A stretch of 64,000 nucleotides of DNA from Actinomycetales bacterium (GTDB lineage: Bacteria > Actinomycetota > Actinomycetes > Actinomycetales > CAVURS01), in assembly GCA_045807245.1 (NCBI GenBank), contig JBJMHS010000007.1, forward strand, positions 1 through 64,000. Reading direction: 5' to 3'. Position 1 is the first letter of the stretch, and each line of letters starts with the position of its first letter. Below the pieces are notes generated by a model. That model searched no databases. It saw only the letters and a program-made list of their open reading frames with translations, and had not been told where the DNA came from. Positions 35,743 through 45,730 of this stretch are shown here, piece by piece. Both the position numbers and the translations under genes were made by a program.

Positions 35743-36978
35743 TCACCTGACCGGAAGGCCGAACGCGTACAGGTTGCCGTCGGGGAAGCCACCCACATAA
35801 AGGACACCGTTGACCACGATCGCGTTCGGGCCGCCACCCAACACGCCGGTGTTGTAGCTCCACCGCTTGGCGCCTGTCGACGCGTTCAGGGCGTAGACGT
35901 TGCCGTTGGAGGAGCCGACGTAGATCAAACCGTTGGCCACGGCCGGAGACGACACGCTACCGCCGGTCGTATGGCTCCACAGCTTGGCTCCCGTGGATGC
36001 CTTCAACGCATAGAGGTTGCCGTTGGAGGAGCCGACGTAGACCACCCCGTTGGCGACGGCCGGGGACGACAGGCCGCTGCCGGTCGTATGGCTCCACAGC
36101 TTGGCTCCCGTGGATGCCTTCAAGGCGTAGACGTTCCCGTTGTTCGCGCTCACGTACAGCACGCCGTTGACCAGTGCCGGGGCGGTCACCACGGCGCATT
36201 GGATGCTCCCGGTGGTTCCGGTGGCGTAGCTCCACAGTCTCGACGCGGTGGCGGCATCGAGAGCGTGGACGTAGCAGTTGTTGGTGCCTACGTAGACGAC
36301 GCCGTTCGCCACAGCCGGGGATGACCACACCTGAGACCCGGCGACGTAGCTCCACAGCCGGGCCCCTGTCGCATTGAAGGCGTCGAGGTCACCGTCGTTG
36401 TCGCCGACGTAGACCGCCCCGGCGGCCACGGCGGGTGACGAGGTGATCCCGCCGCCTCCGCTGTTGTAGCCCCACAGCACCGCCCCGGTGGTGGCCTTGA
36501 CGGCATAGAAGTCCTCGATGCTCCCGTCCTGCCCGGTTCCGACATAGACCACGCCGCTGGCGACGGCAGGGGATGAGCTGTTTCCGCCTTGCGTGTTGCG
36601 ACCCCAGACCGGCGATCCCGTGGCGGCGTCGACCGCGGCCACGCCGCCGTCAATCGTGCCCACGTAGGCGACCCCGTTGACCACGGCCGGGGCTGACCCC
36701 ACGGCCGCGTCGGCAAAGTGGCTCCAGCGAAGGCGGAGACCGACGACGTTCGAAGGAGTCAGGACCGTCTCACCGGGGTTGAAGCCCGTGCGCCTGCTGG
36801 AGAAGCGGTACTCAGGCCAGTTAGTGGTCCCCGTGGTGGCCGCCCCGGCCAGTCGGCCCGAGCGGCCGTCGTTCGGCGACATCCGGCCCGCACCTGCGAC
36901 CGCCTGGTTCGGCGCGGAGATTGCCAAGGTGAGCGCGGCAACAGTGGTGCAGGTTGCAAGGCGGTGGCCGGATCTCAT
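35743..36978 (-). CDS. Secreted PQQ-like (BamB-type) beta-propeller protein
   Basis: About eight repeats of SSPAVANGVVYVG..G.LYAL.A.TG..LWS; signal peptide. Confidence 0.9.
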   Translation of the reverse strand: MRSGHRLATCTTVAALTLAISAPNQAVAGAGRMSPNDGRSGRLAGAATTGTTNWPEYRFSSRRTGFNPGETVLTPSNVVGLRLRWSHFADAAVGSAPAVVNGVAYVGTIDGGVAAVDAATGSPVWGRNTQGGNSSSPAVASGVVYVGTGQDGSIEDFYAVKATTGAVLWGYNSGGGGITSSPAVAAGAVYVGDNDGDLDAFNATGARLWSYVAGSQVWSSPAVANGVVYVGTNNCYVHALDAATASRLWSYATGTTGSIQCAVVTAPALVNGVLYVSANNGNVYALKASTGAKLWSHTTGSGLSSPAVANGVVYVGSSNGNLYALKASTGAKLWSHTTGGSVSSPAVANGLIYVGSSNGNVYALNASTGAKRWSYNTGVLGGGPNAIVVNGVLYVGGFPDGNLYAFGLPVR

Positions 36979-37107
36979 GTCATCCCTGCCTCTCCCGCGA
37001 AGCCTCGAAGCAGATGCCTCAGCGTATTCCCGCATTGGCAAAGCCAGAGTCAGGAAACCGTCCAACATTCCTCAGGCGTGGTTGCGGCTCGGCAAGGGCG
37101 TCCTGTT

Positions 37108-38571
37108 CTATGGCGCGAAGGCTCGTAGTACTCCGCTTTCGTCGGCGACGAAGAGCTTGCCCTCGGCGAAGACCGGCTGGGCAAAGTCCCTTCCATTGGT
37201 GGTGATGACCCGCAGCGGCGCTCCGGTGGCCGAGTTGAACAGGGCAACGCCGGGGGCGACGCCGGTCGGGCATTTGTAGAGCGGCACCGCGACGACATGG
37301 GTGGAGGCGTTCAGGGTGGGGGAGCCGTCTGGCAGACAACGCAGCGGCTGCTCCCACTTGATCGCGCCCGTCGCCGCATCCAGCTCACGGATAGAGCCTT
37401 GGACCGCGACGCCGTTGATGGTCGTCTGGTTTCCAGCGACCCATAAGGCGTTCGCGGCTGCGTCGAATGCCGGGGAGGTGATGCAGGCACCCTGGTTGGT
37501 CCCGCCGACCTGCCCGACTCGGCGTTGCCAGACCGGCCCCGCGGCGAGGCTGTTCCGCTGCCACACGTAAAAGATGCCGTTCTTGTTGCAGGTCCCGATC
37601 AACGCCATGGAGACACCGCCAATAGTGGCCGTGATGAAGCTTGGCGAGCCGCCCATGTCCAGGTCACCGTTGATCGTGGTCGTCGGTGGCGCCCACTTCT
37701 CCTGTTTGACGAAGGTGCTGGCAGAGAGCCGGACGATCGAGAACGCATCGTACGGCTGACCAGCGCTGGGTACGGCGTTACCAGTCGTCACCCAGATACT
37801 CGTGCCGTCGCCGGCCTGGCTGCTCCACACATCGGCCCCGACCTTGCCGGCTGGAACGGTGTAGTACGTGTGCAGCCGCTGGCCGGTGTGTTGGTCCAGC
37901 TCGACCACGCCGCCCCGGATCAGATCATCACAGGCAGCCGTGAGACCCATCGTGACCTTGCCGCCGACAACCAACGGAGAGGACCAATTGTAGTAACGCG
38001 CCTCGCCGGCCGCGGTCGCCGGGCCGATGGCGGCCTTCCAGTGCTGCGCCCCGGTCGCCGGGTCGAGGGCATACAGGTAGTGCGAACCTGCCGCGTACAC
38101 GGTGGAAGCCTGGGTCACCGGGTCGGCGGCGACAGCGGCGGTGCTGACGACCCCTTTGACCGGGCAGTCGGCCGGGCTGCCGAAGTCCAGGGCCTTGGTC
38201 CAGCGGACCGCCCCCGTCGCAGCATCCAGGGCGTACAGGATGCCGGATTTTGAGGCGATGAACACCCTCCCAGCCGCCACCGTCGGGCTCCCATAGAAGG
38301 CCGGCGCCGGCGCCCCGGCCACGGTCGACGGTCCAGCGGCAAATGTCCACGCAGGGGTTAACGAGGCGACATTGCCGGGCGTAATGGCCAGATCGCCGTA
38401 CGCCGCGTTGCTTTGGTGCGGGCCGTGATGGAAGGCCGGCCAGTCGTGGGACGCAGCCGCCATCGCAACATTCGGCACCGCAGCCGGCCCAGCCATCACC
38501 AATGCCGCCCCCCCGACGGCGGCAATGCCGATCCGGAGCCGGCGAGCAGCTCGGGCCGCGAGCCGACTCAT
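37108..38571 (-). CDS. Secreted PQQ-like beta-propeller protein
   Basis: Signal peptide, DWPAFHHG, YALDAATG..W repeats and DLDMGGSP. Confidence 0.87.
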   Translation of the reverse strand: MSRLAARAARRLRIGIAAVGGAALVMAGPAAVPNVAMAAASHDWPAFHHGPHQSNAAYGDLAITPGNVASLTPAWTFAAGPSTVAGAPAPAFYGSPTVAAGRVFIASKSGILYALDAATGAVRWTKALDFGSPADCPVKGVVSTAAVAADPVTQASTVYAAGSHYLYALDPATGAQHWKAAIGPATAAGEARYYNWSSPLVVGGKVTMGLTAACDDLIRGGVVELDQHTGQRLHTYYTVPAGKVGADVWSSQAGDGTSIWVTTGNAVPSAGQPYDAFSIVRLSASTFVKQEKWAPPTTTINGDLDMGGSPSFITATIGGVSMALIGTCNKNGIFYVWQRNSLAAGPVWQRRVGQVGGTNQGACITSPAFDAAANALWVAGNQTTINGVAVQGSIRELDAATGAIKWEQPLRCLPDGSPTLNASTHVVAVPLYKCPTGVAPGVALFNSATGAPLRVITTNGRDFAQPVFAEGKLFVADESGVLRAFAP

Positions 38572-38867
38572 ACGATATGCACGATGCGGGCACGGTTTCG
38601 TACCTGACATGGAAGCGCTCCGTTCCAACGGCTGTGCAGCAGCCTCCTCCTGGTCGAGCGGTCAGACCAACCCTGCCCCCGCCACAGCCGCCAGCTCTCC
38701 CGCCTGCGCCCCGAGCGATCGACCGAGCCGGCTGCCAGGCACTGAAGGCAAGGATGCTCAACGTAGGGCGGGCCTTTGCTTGTCCGGGACTCGGGACAGG
38801 ACGTCGTCCGCGTGCCATTCCGCGCGGTTTCCCAGCTCCGGGGGCTATGCCGGCGTAGCGTGCTCGC

Positions 38868-41800
38868 GTGTGGGTCGGCGTCCTCGGACGACTCGTCGGG
38901 CGTGACGACGCCGGTGACCTGCTCACACTCGGCGGTCCGACTCGACGACGGCTCCTCGCGGCCCTGGTCGCCCGAGTGGGGCAGACCGTCGCGGCCGGCA
39001 CGCTGGTCGAAGACGTCTGGGGAGAGGCGCCGCCGCGGAGTGCGCTGAAGACGTTGCAGAGCCACGTGGTTCGGCTGCGCCGCGATCTCGGGCGCGCCGC
39101 GGAAGCGAAAACCCTTATCCAGACCGAAGGCACTGGCTACCGGCTGAACCTGTCCCCCCTCGCGGTTGACACCGGCTGTTTCGAGCGCGACCTGCAGCTG
39201 GGGATGGCCGCACTCGGCGACGGCGATCCCGAGCGCGCCCGCGGCTACCTCGATGCCGCACTCGGCTGGTGGCGCGGAGAGGCCTACGGTGAGTTCACTG
39301 ACGCGCAGTTCGCGGTGGTCGAGCGGTTGCGGCTGAGCGCGCTGTACGCCCTGGCCCATGAGCGGCGCTTCGACGCCGCGCTGCTGATCGGAGAGCATGC
39401 GTCAGTAGCTGCCGAGATTGAGCGACGCGTCGCGGCCGACCCCTACCGCGAGCGCCTTTGGGAGCAGCTGATGCTCGCGCTGTACCGGGCCGGGCGCCAA
39501 GCCGACGCACTGGCGGCGTACCGCCAGGTGCGGACCTTGCTGCGCGACGAGCTCGGTCTCGAGCCCGGGCCCGGCCTGCGTCAGCTCGAGGCACGGATGT
39601 TGGCGCACGATGCCGGTTTGCAGGGTCCGCGCGACCGGGACGGCCTGGCACCTCGACCGCCGGGGGACACGGTCGCCTCGATGTGCCCGTACCGCGGCTT
39701 ATCGAGGTACGAACCGGAGGACAGCGCACTGTTCGTCGCGCGGGAGGCGTTGACCGCTCGGCTGGTCGCCCGGCTCAGCGACGGCGACTTGGTGACGGTC
39801 ACGGGTGCTAGCGGCACCGGCAAGTCCTCACTGGTCCGGGCTGGGCTGGTCGCCGCGGTGCGCGCAGGCGCGCTACCCGGCTCGGCAGCCTGGCGGTGCG
39901 CCGTCACGAGTCCACAGGACCTGGCCTCCCTGGATCTCGAGGCGCTGGACCTGCTCGTCCTCGACCAGGCCGAGGAGCTGTTCACCCTTGCGGGCGCCGT
40001 GCTGGACCCCGTTGAGACCGACGCGCGGCTCACCTCCGCGATGGCGGCCGGCGCCCGGGTCGTGTTGGTGATCCGTTCGGACTACTACGGCAGCTTGGCC
40101 GAGCTCCCTCGGCTGACCCACCGGGTCGGCGGCAGCACACTGCTCGTCCCGCCCCTGGACGACCATGAGCTACGCCAGGTGGTCACGGAGCCGGCTCGGC
40201 GGGTCGGCCTCGAGCTCGAGCCGGCACTGCTCGACGCCGTCCTCGACGATGTGCGTGGTCACCCGGGTGCGCTACCGCTCGTCTCCGCGGCACTCGCGCG
40301 GACGTGGGCGAACCGAGACGGCCGTCGGCTGACCGTCGAGGGATACCGGGCTGGCGGCGGCGTGCGCAGGGCGCTCGAGGCGAGCGCCGAGGACGCGTAC
40401 CTGGGCCTGAACGACGAAGCGCAGGCAAGGGCCCGGCGGCTGCTGGTCCGGCTCGCGACGAGCGAACGCGGGTTGTGGGCGCGCCGCCCGCTGCCCCGCG
40501 ACGTGGCGGCCACCCTTGTTGACGAGCGGACGCTGGGTGAGCTGAGCGAAGCTCGGCTGCTCACCATCACGGAGGCCCGCGTCGAGCTCGTGCACGAGGC
40601 GTTGCTCGACGGATGGCCGCGGCTGCGGTCCTGGCTCGAGCGGCGCCGCGAAATCGTGGGACTGGTCGAGCACCTCGATGCCGCGAGCCGGGCCTGGTCG
40701 GCCGGGGGTCGCCAGGACGCCGACCTCTACCGCGGCCCTCGCTTGCAGGGAGCGCTCGACTGGCGCCGGGACGAGCCGGAGGACCTCACCGCACTCGAGG
40801 CCGAGTTCCTCGATGCAGGCGCCGGGGCGAGCGAGGCCGAGCTCCTGGCGGCCCGGGCTCGCGCGCAGGAGGAGGCGACGGGCCGTCGGCGGCTGCGCCG
40901 CGTAGCAGCCGCGCTTGCCGTCGTCACCGCTATCGCGGGTGTAGGTGTCGTGGTCTCGCTGCACGAACGGTCCTCCGCCCGGGCCGCCGCCGCGGCGGCC
41001 GTCTCGCAGAAGGTCGCGGCTCTGTCCCTGACTGCGCCCGATCTGCGCACATCGCTGCTTCTGGCCACGGCGGCGTACCGGCTGCAGGACTCGCCGGATA
41101 CCCGATCCGCGCTGCTCTCGGCGCTCGAGCGAAACGGGTCGGCACTCTGGCGACTTCCGACTCCCGGTCGGGTGGACTTTCTCGGCGTCAGCGCTCATGG
41201 CAACGGCCTCTGGGTGATGAACCAGCGCCGCACGCTGTTTCGCTACGACCTGACCCGGCGCGCGGTCGCCACGTCGTTCGCGGCCCGGGCCGACGCCACC
41301 GCCGCCCTGTCGCCGGACGGGCGGCAGCTGGTCGTCGTGGGATCGGATGGCTTCTTCGACCGGGCCGGCGCGGGGCGCATCAGTGTCTTGGATGCGGTGA
41401 CCGGGACGCTGCTACGGGTGCTGCCCGTGACGACGGTCGACACCGGAGCGACGTCGGCGTCCGCAGCGTTCACCGGTGACGGACGGTGGCTCGCTGTGGT
41501 CCAGGGCCGGTCTGTATCTACCGGAGGCGATCCGGTGCCCACCGCGACGGTCGAGGTCTTCGCCACCGATGACTACGCTGCGCCGCCACGCCGGGTGGTC
41601 CTCGATGGCCCGGTGACCGAGCTCGCGGCGGGGCGCTCCGTTGTCGCTGTCGGCAGTCTCGATGGACAGGTCGACGTGGTCCGACCGTCCGACGGGCGCG
41701 TCCTCGAGCAGGCGAGGCGGGCCGACCTGGCTCGCGCGTCGCTCGACTCCGGGACGCCGTACGCGCTGGCCGTCTCGCCCGACGGCGGCACGCTTGCCCT

Positions 41801-43265
41801 GACGCGGCCAGGACACCCGGCTCTGCCGTACCTCCTCGACGCCGGGTCCATCGGCGGTGCCCTGCGTCCCACCGAGGAGCTTGGGACCGAGCTCTCGTCG
41901 CTCGCCTTCTCCCCGACCGGCAGACTGCTCGCCGCAGCCGCCGCGGACGGCCCGCTCGACGTCTTCCGGGTGGCCGACGGGCGAGTCCTCCTACGACCCC
42001 TCGGTGTCCAGGCGGGACAGTCTCCGAAGGTCGCCTGGTCGGGTTCCAGCACCGCGGACACGGGCCTGTACGTCGGCGGCCTGGATGCGCAGGTGCTCTC
42101 CCTCGACCTGAGGGCCGGCCCGAGGTTGGTCGGGTACACCGGTCCGAGAATGGCGGACCAAGGGCAGTCGTTCCTGTCCGGGCGGTACGTCGTCACGGTC
42201 GGCGCGACCGGCGGCGGTCTGACAACCGCAGCCACGCCGATCAGCGTCGCCGACCGCGACACCGGGGCCAGCCGGTCGATCACGTTCGCGTCCTCAGCGC
42301 AGGAGAGTATCCAGTACGTCAGCAGCGACTCGGCCGGACATCAGCTGCTGGTTGTCACGGAGACTCCGGACCGTGTGATGCACTCCACCCTCGTCGACAT
42401 CGGCACGGGACGCGCCCTGTCGACGTTCGTCGCAACCCGCAAGCCGACGGCGCACAACACGTACGTCGGGATCATCGCGCCGAACGGGCGGAGCGCCGCG
42501 TTCGCCGTGGACGACCACCGCCTGGTGACCTACACGCTCCCGGGCTGGCGAAGGCTCGCGGTCGTCGATGTGCACTTCGGGGATTCCCTCGCCGACCGGC
42601 ATCTCGTGTCACCGATCGCATTTGCCCCCGACGGCCGGCTGCTCGTCCTGGGTTTCGACCCAACGCCGACGCCCAACCCTCCTGCGACCGCCGACGTCGG
42701 ACGCCTGCCTCCCGTCCAACCCGCGGAAGACCAGGTTGCCGGGCTCGTCAACCTGCGGACCGGGCGTCTGGTCGGCCAGGTGGACGGCTTCGGGGTCGCC
42801 GGCATACCCGACGCCGCAGCCTGGTCGCCGGACGGGCGACGGCTAGCGATCGGCACTCTCGCCGGCACGGTGCGGGTAGTCGACGCTCGCGCCCTTGCGC
42901 CGATCTCCGACGCGGTCACCACGGTCTCGGGCGTCGTTCAGACGGTGAGCTGGTCACCGGATGGCAACACTCTGGTCGTCGGCGGCAGCGACGGCACGAT
43001 GAGCTTTTGGACGCCGACGCTTCGTCCGATCGGTGCCCCGGTGCGCTCGGCGCGCGTTGACTCGTGGTGGGCCTGGTACGACGACGAGGGTTCAGTCGTG
43101 GGGTACGCACCGAGCGATCTGGCCGGCCAGGAGCGATGGTTCCACATGCCGGCCCAGCCCGGGCTCTGGGCAGGGGCCGCCTGTCGGCTGGCCGCCAGCC
43201 AGCTCTCCCGGGCCGAGTGGCGTCGCTACGTCGGCTCAGCGGCGCCGTACCGACGAGTCTGCTGA
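38868..43265 (+). CDS. SARP (wHTH+BTAD) - STAND NTPase - TM - WD40/beta-propeller regulator
   Basis: LQSHVVRLR and PYRERLWEQLMLALYRAGRQADAL (BTAD); CPYRGL, GASGTGKSS, LDQAEELF and GALPL (nSTAND1-like); TM helix; SPDG repeats. Confidence 0.93.
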   Translation: MWVGVLGRLVGRDDAGDLLTLGGPTRRRLLAALVARVGQTVAAGTLVEDVWGEAPPRSALKTLQSHVVRLRRDLGRAAEAKTLIQTEGTGYRLNLSPLAVDTGCFERDLQLGMAALGDGDPERARGYLDAALGWWRGEAYGEFTDAQFAVVERLRLSALYALAHERRFDAALLIGEHASVAAEIERRVAADPYRERLWEQLMLALYRAGRQADALAAYRQVRTLLRDELGLEPGPGLRQLEARMLAHDAGLQGPRDRDGLAPRPPGDTVASMCPYRGLSRYEPEDSALFVAREALTARLVARLSDGDLVTVTGASGTGKSSLVRAGLVAAVRAGALPGSAAWRCAVTSPQDLASLDLEALDLLVLDQAEELFTLAGAVLDPVETDARLTSAMAAGARVVLVIRSDYYGSLAELPRLTHRVGGSTLLVPPLDDHELRQVVTEPARRVGLELEPALLDAVLDDVRGHPGALPLVSAALARTWANRDGRRLTVEGYRAGGGVRRALEASAEDAYLGLNDEAQARARRLLVRLATSERGLWARRPLPRDVAATLVDERTLGELSEARLLTITEARVELVHEALLDGWPRLRSWLERRREIVGLVEHLDAASRAWSAGGRQDADLYRGPRLQGALDWRRDEPEDLTALEAEFLDAGAGASEAELLAARARAQEEATGRRRLRRVAAALAVVTAIAGVGVVVSLHERSSARAAAAAAVSQKVAALSLTAPDLRTSLLLATAAYRLQDSPDTRSALLSALERNGSALWRLPTPGRVDFLGVSAHGNGLWVMNQRRTLFRYDLTRRAVATSFAARADATAALSPDGRQLVVVGSDGFFDRAGAGRISVLDAVTGTLLRVLPVTTVDTGATSASAAFTGDGRWLAVVQGRSVSTGGDPVPTATVEVFATDDYAAPPRRVVLDGPVTELAAGRSVVAVGSLDGQVDVVRPSDGRVLEQARRADLARASLDSGTPYALAVSPDGGTLALTRPGHPALPYLLDAGSIGGALRPTEELGTELSSLAFSPTGRLLAAAAADGPLDVFRVADGRVLLRPLGVQAGQSPKVAWSGSSTADTGLYVGGLDAQVLSLDLRAGPRLVGYTGPRMADQGQSFLSGRYVVTVGATGGGLTTAATPISVADRDTGASRSITFASSAQESIQYVSSDSAGHQLLVVTETPDRVMHSTLVDIGTGRALSTFVATRKPTAHNTYVGIIAPNGRSAAFAVDDHRLVTYTLPGWRRLAVVDVHFGDSLADRHLVSPIAFAPDGRLLVLGFDPTPTPNPPATADVGRLPPVQPAEDQVAGLVNLRTGRLVGQVDGFGVAGIPDAAAWSPDGRRLAIGTLAGTVRVVDARALAPISDAVTTVSGVVQTVSWSPDGNTLVVGGSDGTMSFWTPTLRPIGAPVRSARVDSWWAWYDDEGSVVGYAPSDLAGQERWFHMPAQPGLWAGAACRLAASQLSRAEWRRYVGSAAPYRRVC

Positions 43266-43298
43266 ACCCCGCCGATCGCCGTTGCCTGACGCCGCAAC

Positions 43299-44459
43299 CT
43301 AGCCCGTGGTGAACGACAAGGGGCACTGCCACACCGTCGCCGGCTCGGACCCGTCGGTGGCCTGCGACCAGCCGCCCACCTGGTGTCGGACATCGTTGAC
43401 GGCGTGCGCGTTGCTGTCGCCGTCGTCGCCCGAGAGCGCCGCCAAAGGCTGCAGGGTCCCGGTCCCCGTCCAGACGAAGGCCTGGCCGGTGCCGGTCTCG
43501 AATGAGAAACCGCCACCCGCAGCCCAGCCGCCCTGAGACACGCCGCGAGCCTCGGTGAAATCGGAGCCGGGCGTGCCTCCCATGTCGTGCGCGCGGTGTG
43601 AGGCGTCCCACCACAGAGCGTCCCAGGTGAAGCCGGTGAGCGTGAGGTCGCCCGACCCGACGACGGTGCCAGAGTTGTTGAGCGCGAACGTCTCGGCCTG
43701 AGTCGCGATGACGTCGAGCTCCTTCGGCGAGCCGTTGGCGGCCCACTCCACGGGCAGCGTCAGCGGGAAGTAGGCGTGCGGACCAAGGTGTTGCATGGTC
43801 TTGTCGTAGGCGGGAGTGAAGCGGCTCTTGTTCACCGCGCCGACAGTCACGCCGTCGTCGTTGACGCCGGGCGCGTAGCTGCCGTAGTTGCCGAGCCGGG
43901 GAAGCTTGACGATCGAGGTGTACGGCGGGGACCACGTCGTCGCGAACCCGTAGCCGTGCTGGTCGTTCGCGCCGCCGGCCACGACGCCGGAGGCGTTGAT
44001 CCGCCGACCACGGGTGTCGTCACCTCGCAGCGTCGGGAGGTGCCACCAGCGCCCGGTGGGCAGGTCGAACACCCAGGTCTGCCCGGTCGAGGTCGCCGGA
44101 TCGAGCCCGTAGTCGACCATGCGCCCGCTCTCGTTGACGTCGAGTACCTCGTCGTCGACGAGCGGGTCGTGGGGCAGAGCGTGCACCTGGTATCCGGCGC
44201 CGTTGTGAGTCCAGTAGGCCGCCTGGAACGCAGGGCTGCCGTCCGGGTTGGTCTGGCCGTTCGTGGTGCCACCGACGTAGTAACCCGAGGACGTGATCCA
44301 CATGACCTCGCCGTCAGTGCCGCCCACGGCGGGCAGCGCCGCCGGCGTGCAGGGTGCGTAGCCTGAGGTCCCGACGGCGATGCTGGTCGGGAGCAGAGCG
44401 GCCGCGGCGGCGAGCGCGCCGGCCGAGGCCGCCCTGGACCAAGCGGTGCGTGCCGACAT
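43299..44459 (-). CDS. Secreted HAF-repeat-like beta-propeller protein
   Basis: GGAGG RBS, signal peptide; repeats INASGVVAG, VNDDGVTVG, LNNSGTVVG and AFVW. Confidence 0.8.
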   Translation of the reverse strand: MSARTAWSRAASAGALAAAAALLPTSIAVGTSGYAPCTPAALPAVGGTDGEVMWITSSGYYVGGTTNGQTNPDGSPAFQAAYWTHNGAGYQVHALPHDPLVDDEVLDVNESGRMVDYGLDPATSTGQTWVFDLPTGRWWHLPTLRGDDTRGRRINASGVVAGGANDQHGYGFATTWSPPYTSIVKLPRLGNYGSYAPGVNDDGVTVGAVNKSRFTPAYDKTMQHLGPHAYFPLTLPVEWAANGSPKELDVIATQAETFALNNSGTVVGSGDLTLTGFTWDALWWDASHRAHDMGGTPGSDFTEARGVSQGGWAAGGGFSFETGTGQAFVWTGTGTLQPLAALSGDDGDSNAHAVNDVRHQVGGWSQATDGSEPATVWQCPLSFTTG

Positions 44460-44489
44460 CGCGTCCTCCTCGCGTAGGTGGCGGTCGAC

Positions 44490-44522
44490 ACCCTGCGCCG
44501 AGGCGGTTGCAGCCCGGTGGCA
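44490..44522 (-). promoter_or_regulatory. Putative SARP-binding direct repeat plus -10 box
   Basis: TGCCACC-N4-TGCAACC (11-bp period), then 9 nt, then CAGGGT. Confidence 0.5.
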
Positions 44523-44589
44523 GCACCTCGAAGCGCAGCCCAGAGCGGATTGAATCAGGGCGAACCGTGCGCCTGATTGGTGGATACGA

Positions 44590-44732
44590 GACGCGGCGAG
44601 CGTCAACGCCGAGGAAGACGGCCGACTCATCCGCGAACTCGTCCTGGACCCCACCCGCGACTACCAACCCCAAGCCCGCAAGGTGTGAACGATGACCCGA
44701 GACAGGTGCCAACGATGTCTCGAGACATCACA
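44590..44732 (+). mobile_element. IS481-family transposase C-terminus and right end
   Basis: GRLIRELVLDPTRDYQPQ..stop(44688); two subterminal repeats AACGATG.C.CGAGACA (44688-44704, 44711-44727); terminal ..ACATCACA. Confidence 0.8.
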
Positions 44733-44733
44733 G

Positions 44734-44809
<76 letters not shown>

Positions 44810-44851
44810 AACGGGAGAGGACCCTAGCAGGCGGCCAGGACCTCGCCTCCG

Positions 44852-44925
44852 GGTGAGTGACGGGGCTCGAACCCGCGACATCCTGGACCACAACCAGGTG
44901 CTCTACCAGCTGAGCTACACCCACC
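44852..44925 (-). tRNA. tRNA-His(GTG)
   Basis: G-1 plus GTGGGTGTAGCTCAGCTGGTAGAGC..CTGGTTGTGGTCCAG..GGTTCGAGCCC..CACTCACC. Confidence 0.96.
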
Positions 44926-45010
44926 ATGACCCCAGGCCTGTCCACGGGGACGAGCCGGGGGATCGGCGTCCATGGTACCGGGGCTGGCCCCCCGCTCAGT
45001 ACGCCGTTTC

Positions 45011-45721
45011 CTACGCGGGCGGGGCCGTCGCGTCGGCCGCTCCGGCGACGTCAGTCACTTCGGTCACCTCGGTCACCTCGGCGACCTCGGCCACGACGAC
45101 CACCTCGGCCGCAGGCTTGACCGCGAACGTCGCGGCCAGGGCCCGGGCGGTCTCGGAGTCCGGTCCCGGCTGGGGCACGAAGACCGCCGCCCGGTAGAAC
45201 CGGAGCTCCGCGATGCTCTCGGTGATGTCGGCCAGGGCTCGGTGGCCACCATGCTTCTTGGGCGCGTTGAAGTAGACCCGCGGGTACCAGCGCCGGGCCA
45301 GCTCCTTGATCGAGCTCACGTCGACCATCCGGTAGTGCAGCCAGCTGTCGAGCTCGGGCATGTCCCGGGCCAGGAACCCGCGGTCGGTGGCGACCGAGTT
45401 GCCGCCGAGCGGCGCCTTGCCGGCCTCGGCCACGTGTTGGCGCACGTAGGCGAGCACCTGCTCCTGGGCGTCGGTCATCGTCGTACCGCCGGGCAGCTCG
45501 GCCAGCAGGCCGGACGCCTCGTGCATCTCGCGGACCACCGGCGGCATGCTCTCCAGCGCCTCGGGGGGGGCGGCGATCACCACGTCGACGCCCTCGCCGA
45601 GGACGTTCAGTTCGCTGTCCGTGACGAGCACAGCCACCTCGATGAGCGCGTCGCGCTCCAGGTCCAGACCGGTCATCTCACAGTCGATCCAGACGATCTT
45701 GTCCTGCGGTCGGTCGTTCAC
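45011..45721 (-). CDS. orn: Oligoribonuclease
   Basis: [34 protein letters not shown] and HRALADI. Confidence 0.96.
   Translation of the reverse strand: MNDRPQDKIVWIDCEMTGLDLERDALIEVAVLVTDSELNVLGEGVDVVIAAPPEALESMPPVVREMHEASGLLAELPGGTTMTDAQEQVLAYVRQHVAEAGKAPLGGNSVATDRGFLARDMPELDSWLHYRMVDVSSIKELARRWYPRVYFNAPKKHGGHRALADITESIAELRFYRAAVFVPQPGPDSETARALAATFAVKPAAEVVVVAEVAEVTEVTEVTDVAGAADATAPPA
45051..45095. repeat. 5 x 9-bp tandem repeat in the orn 3' extension
   Basis: TCGGTCACC-like units encoding VAE/VTE repeats. Confidence 0.8.
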
Positions 45722-45730
45722 GCGGACACC

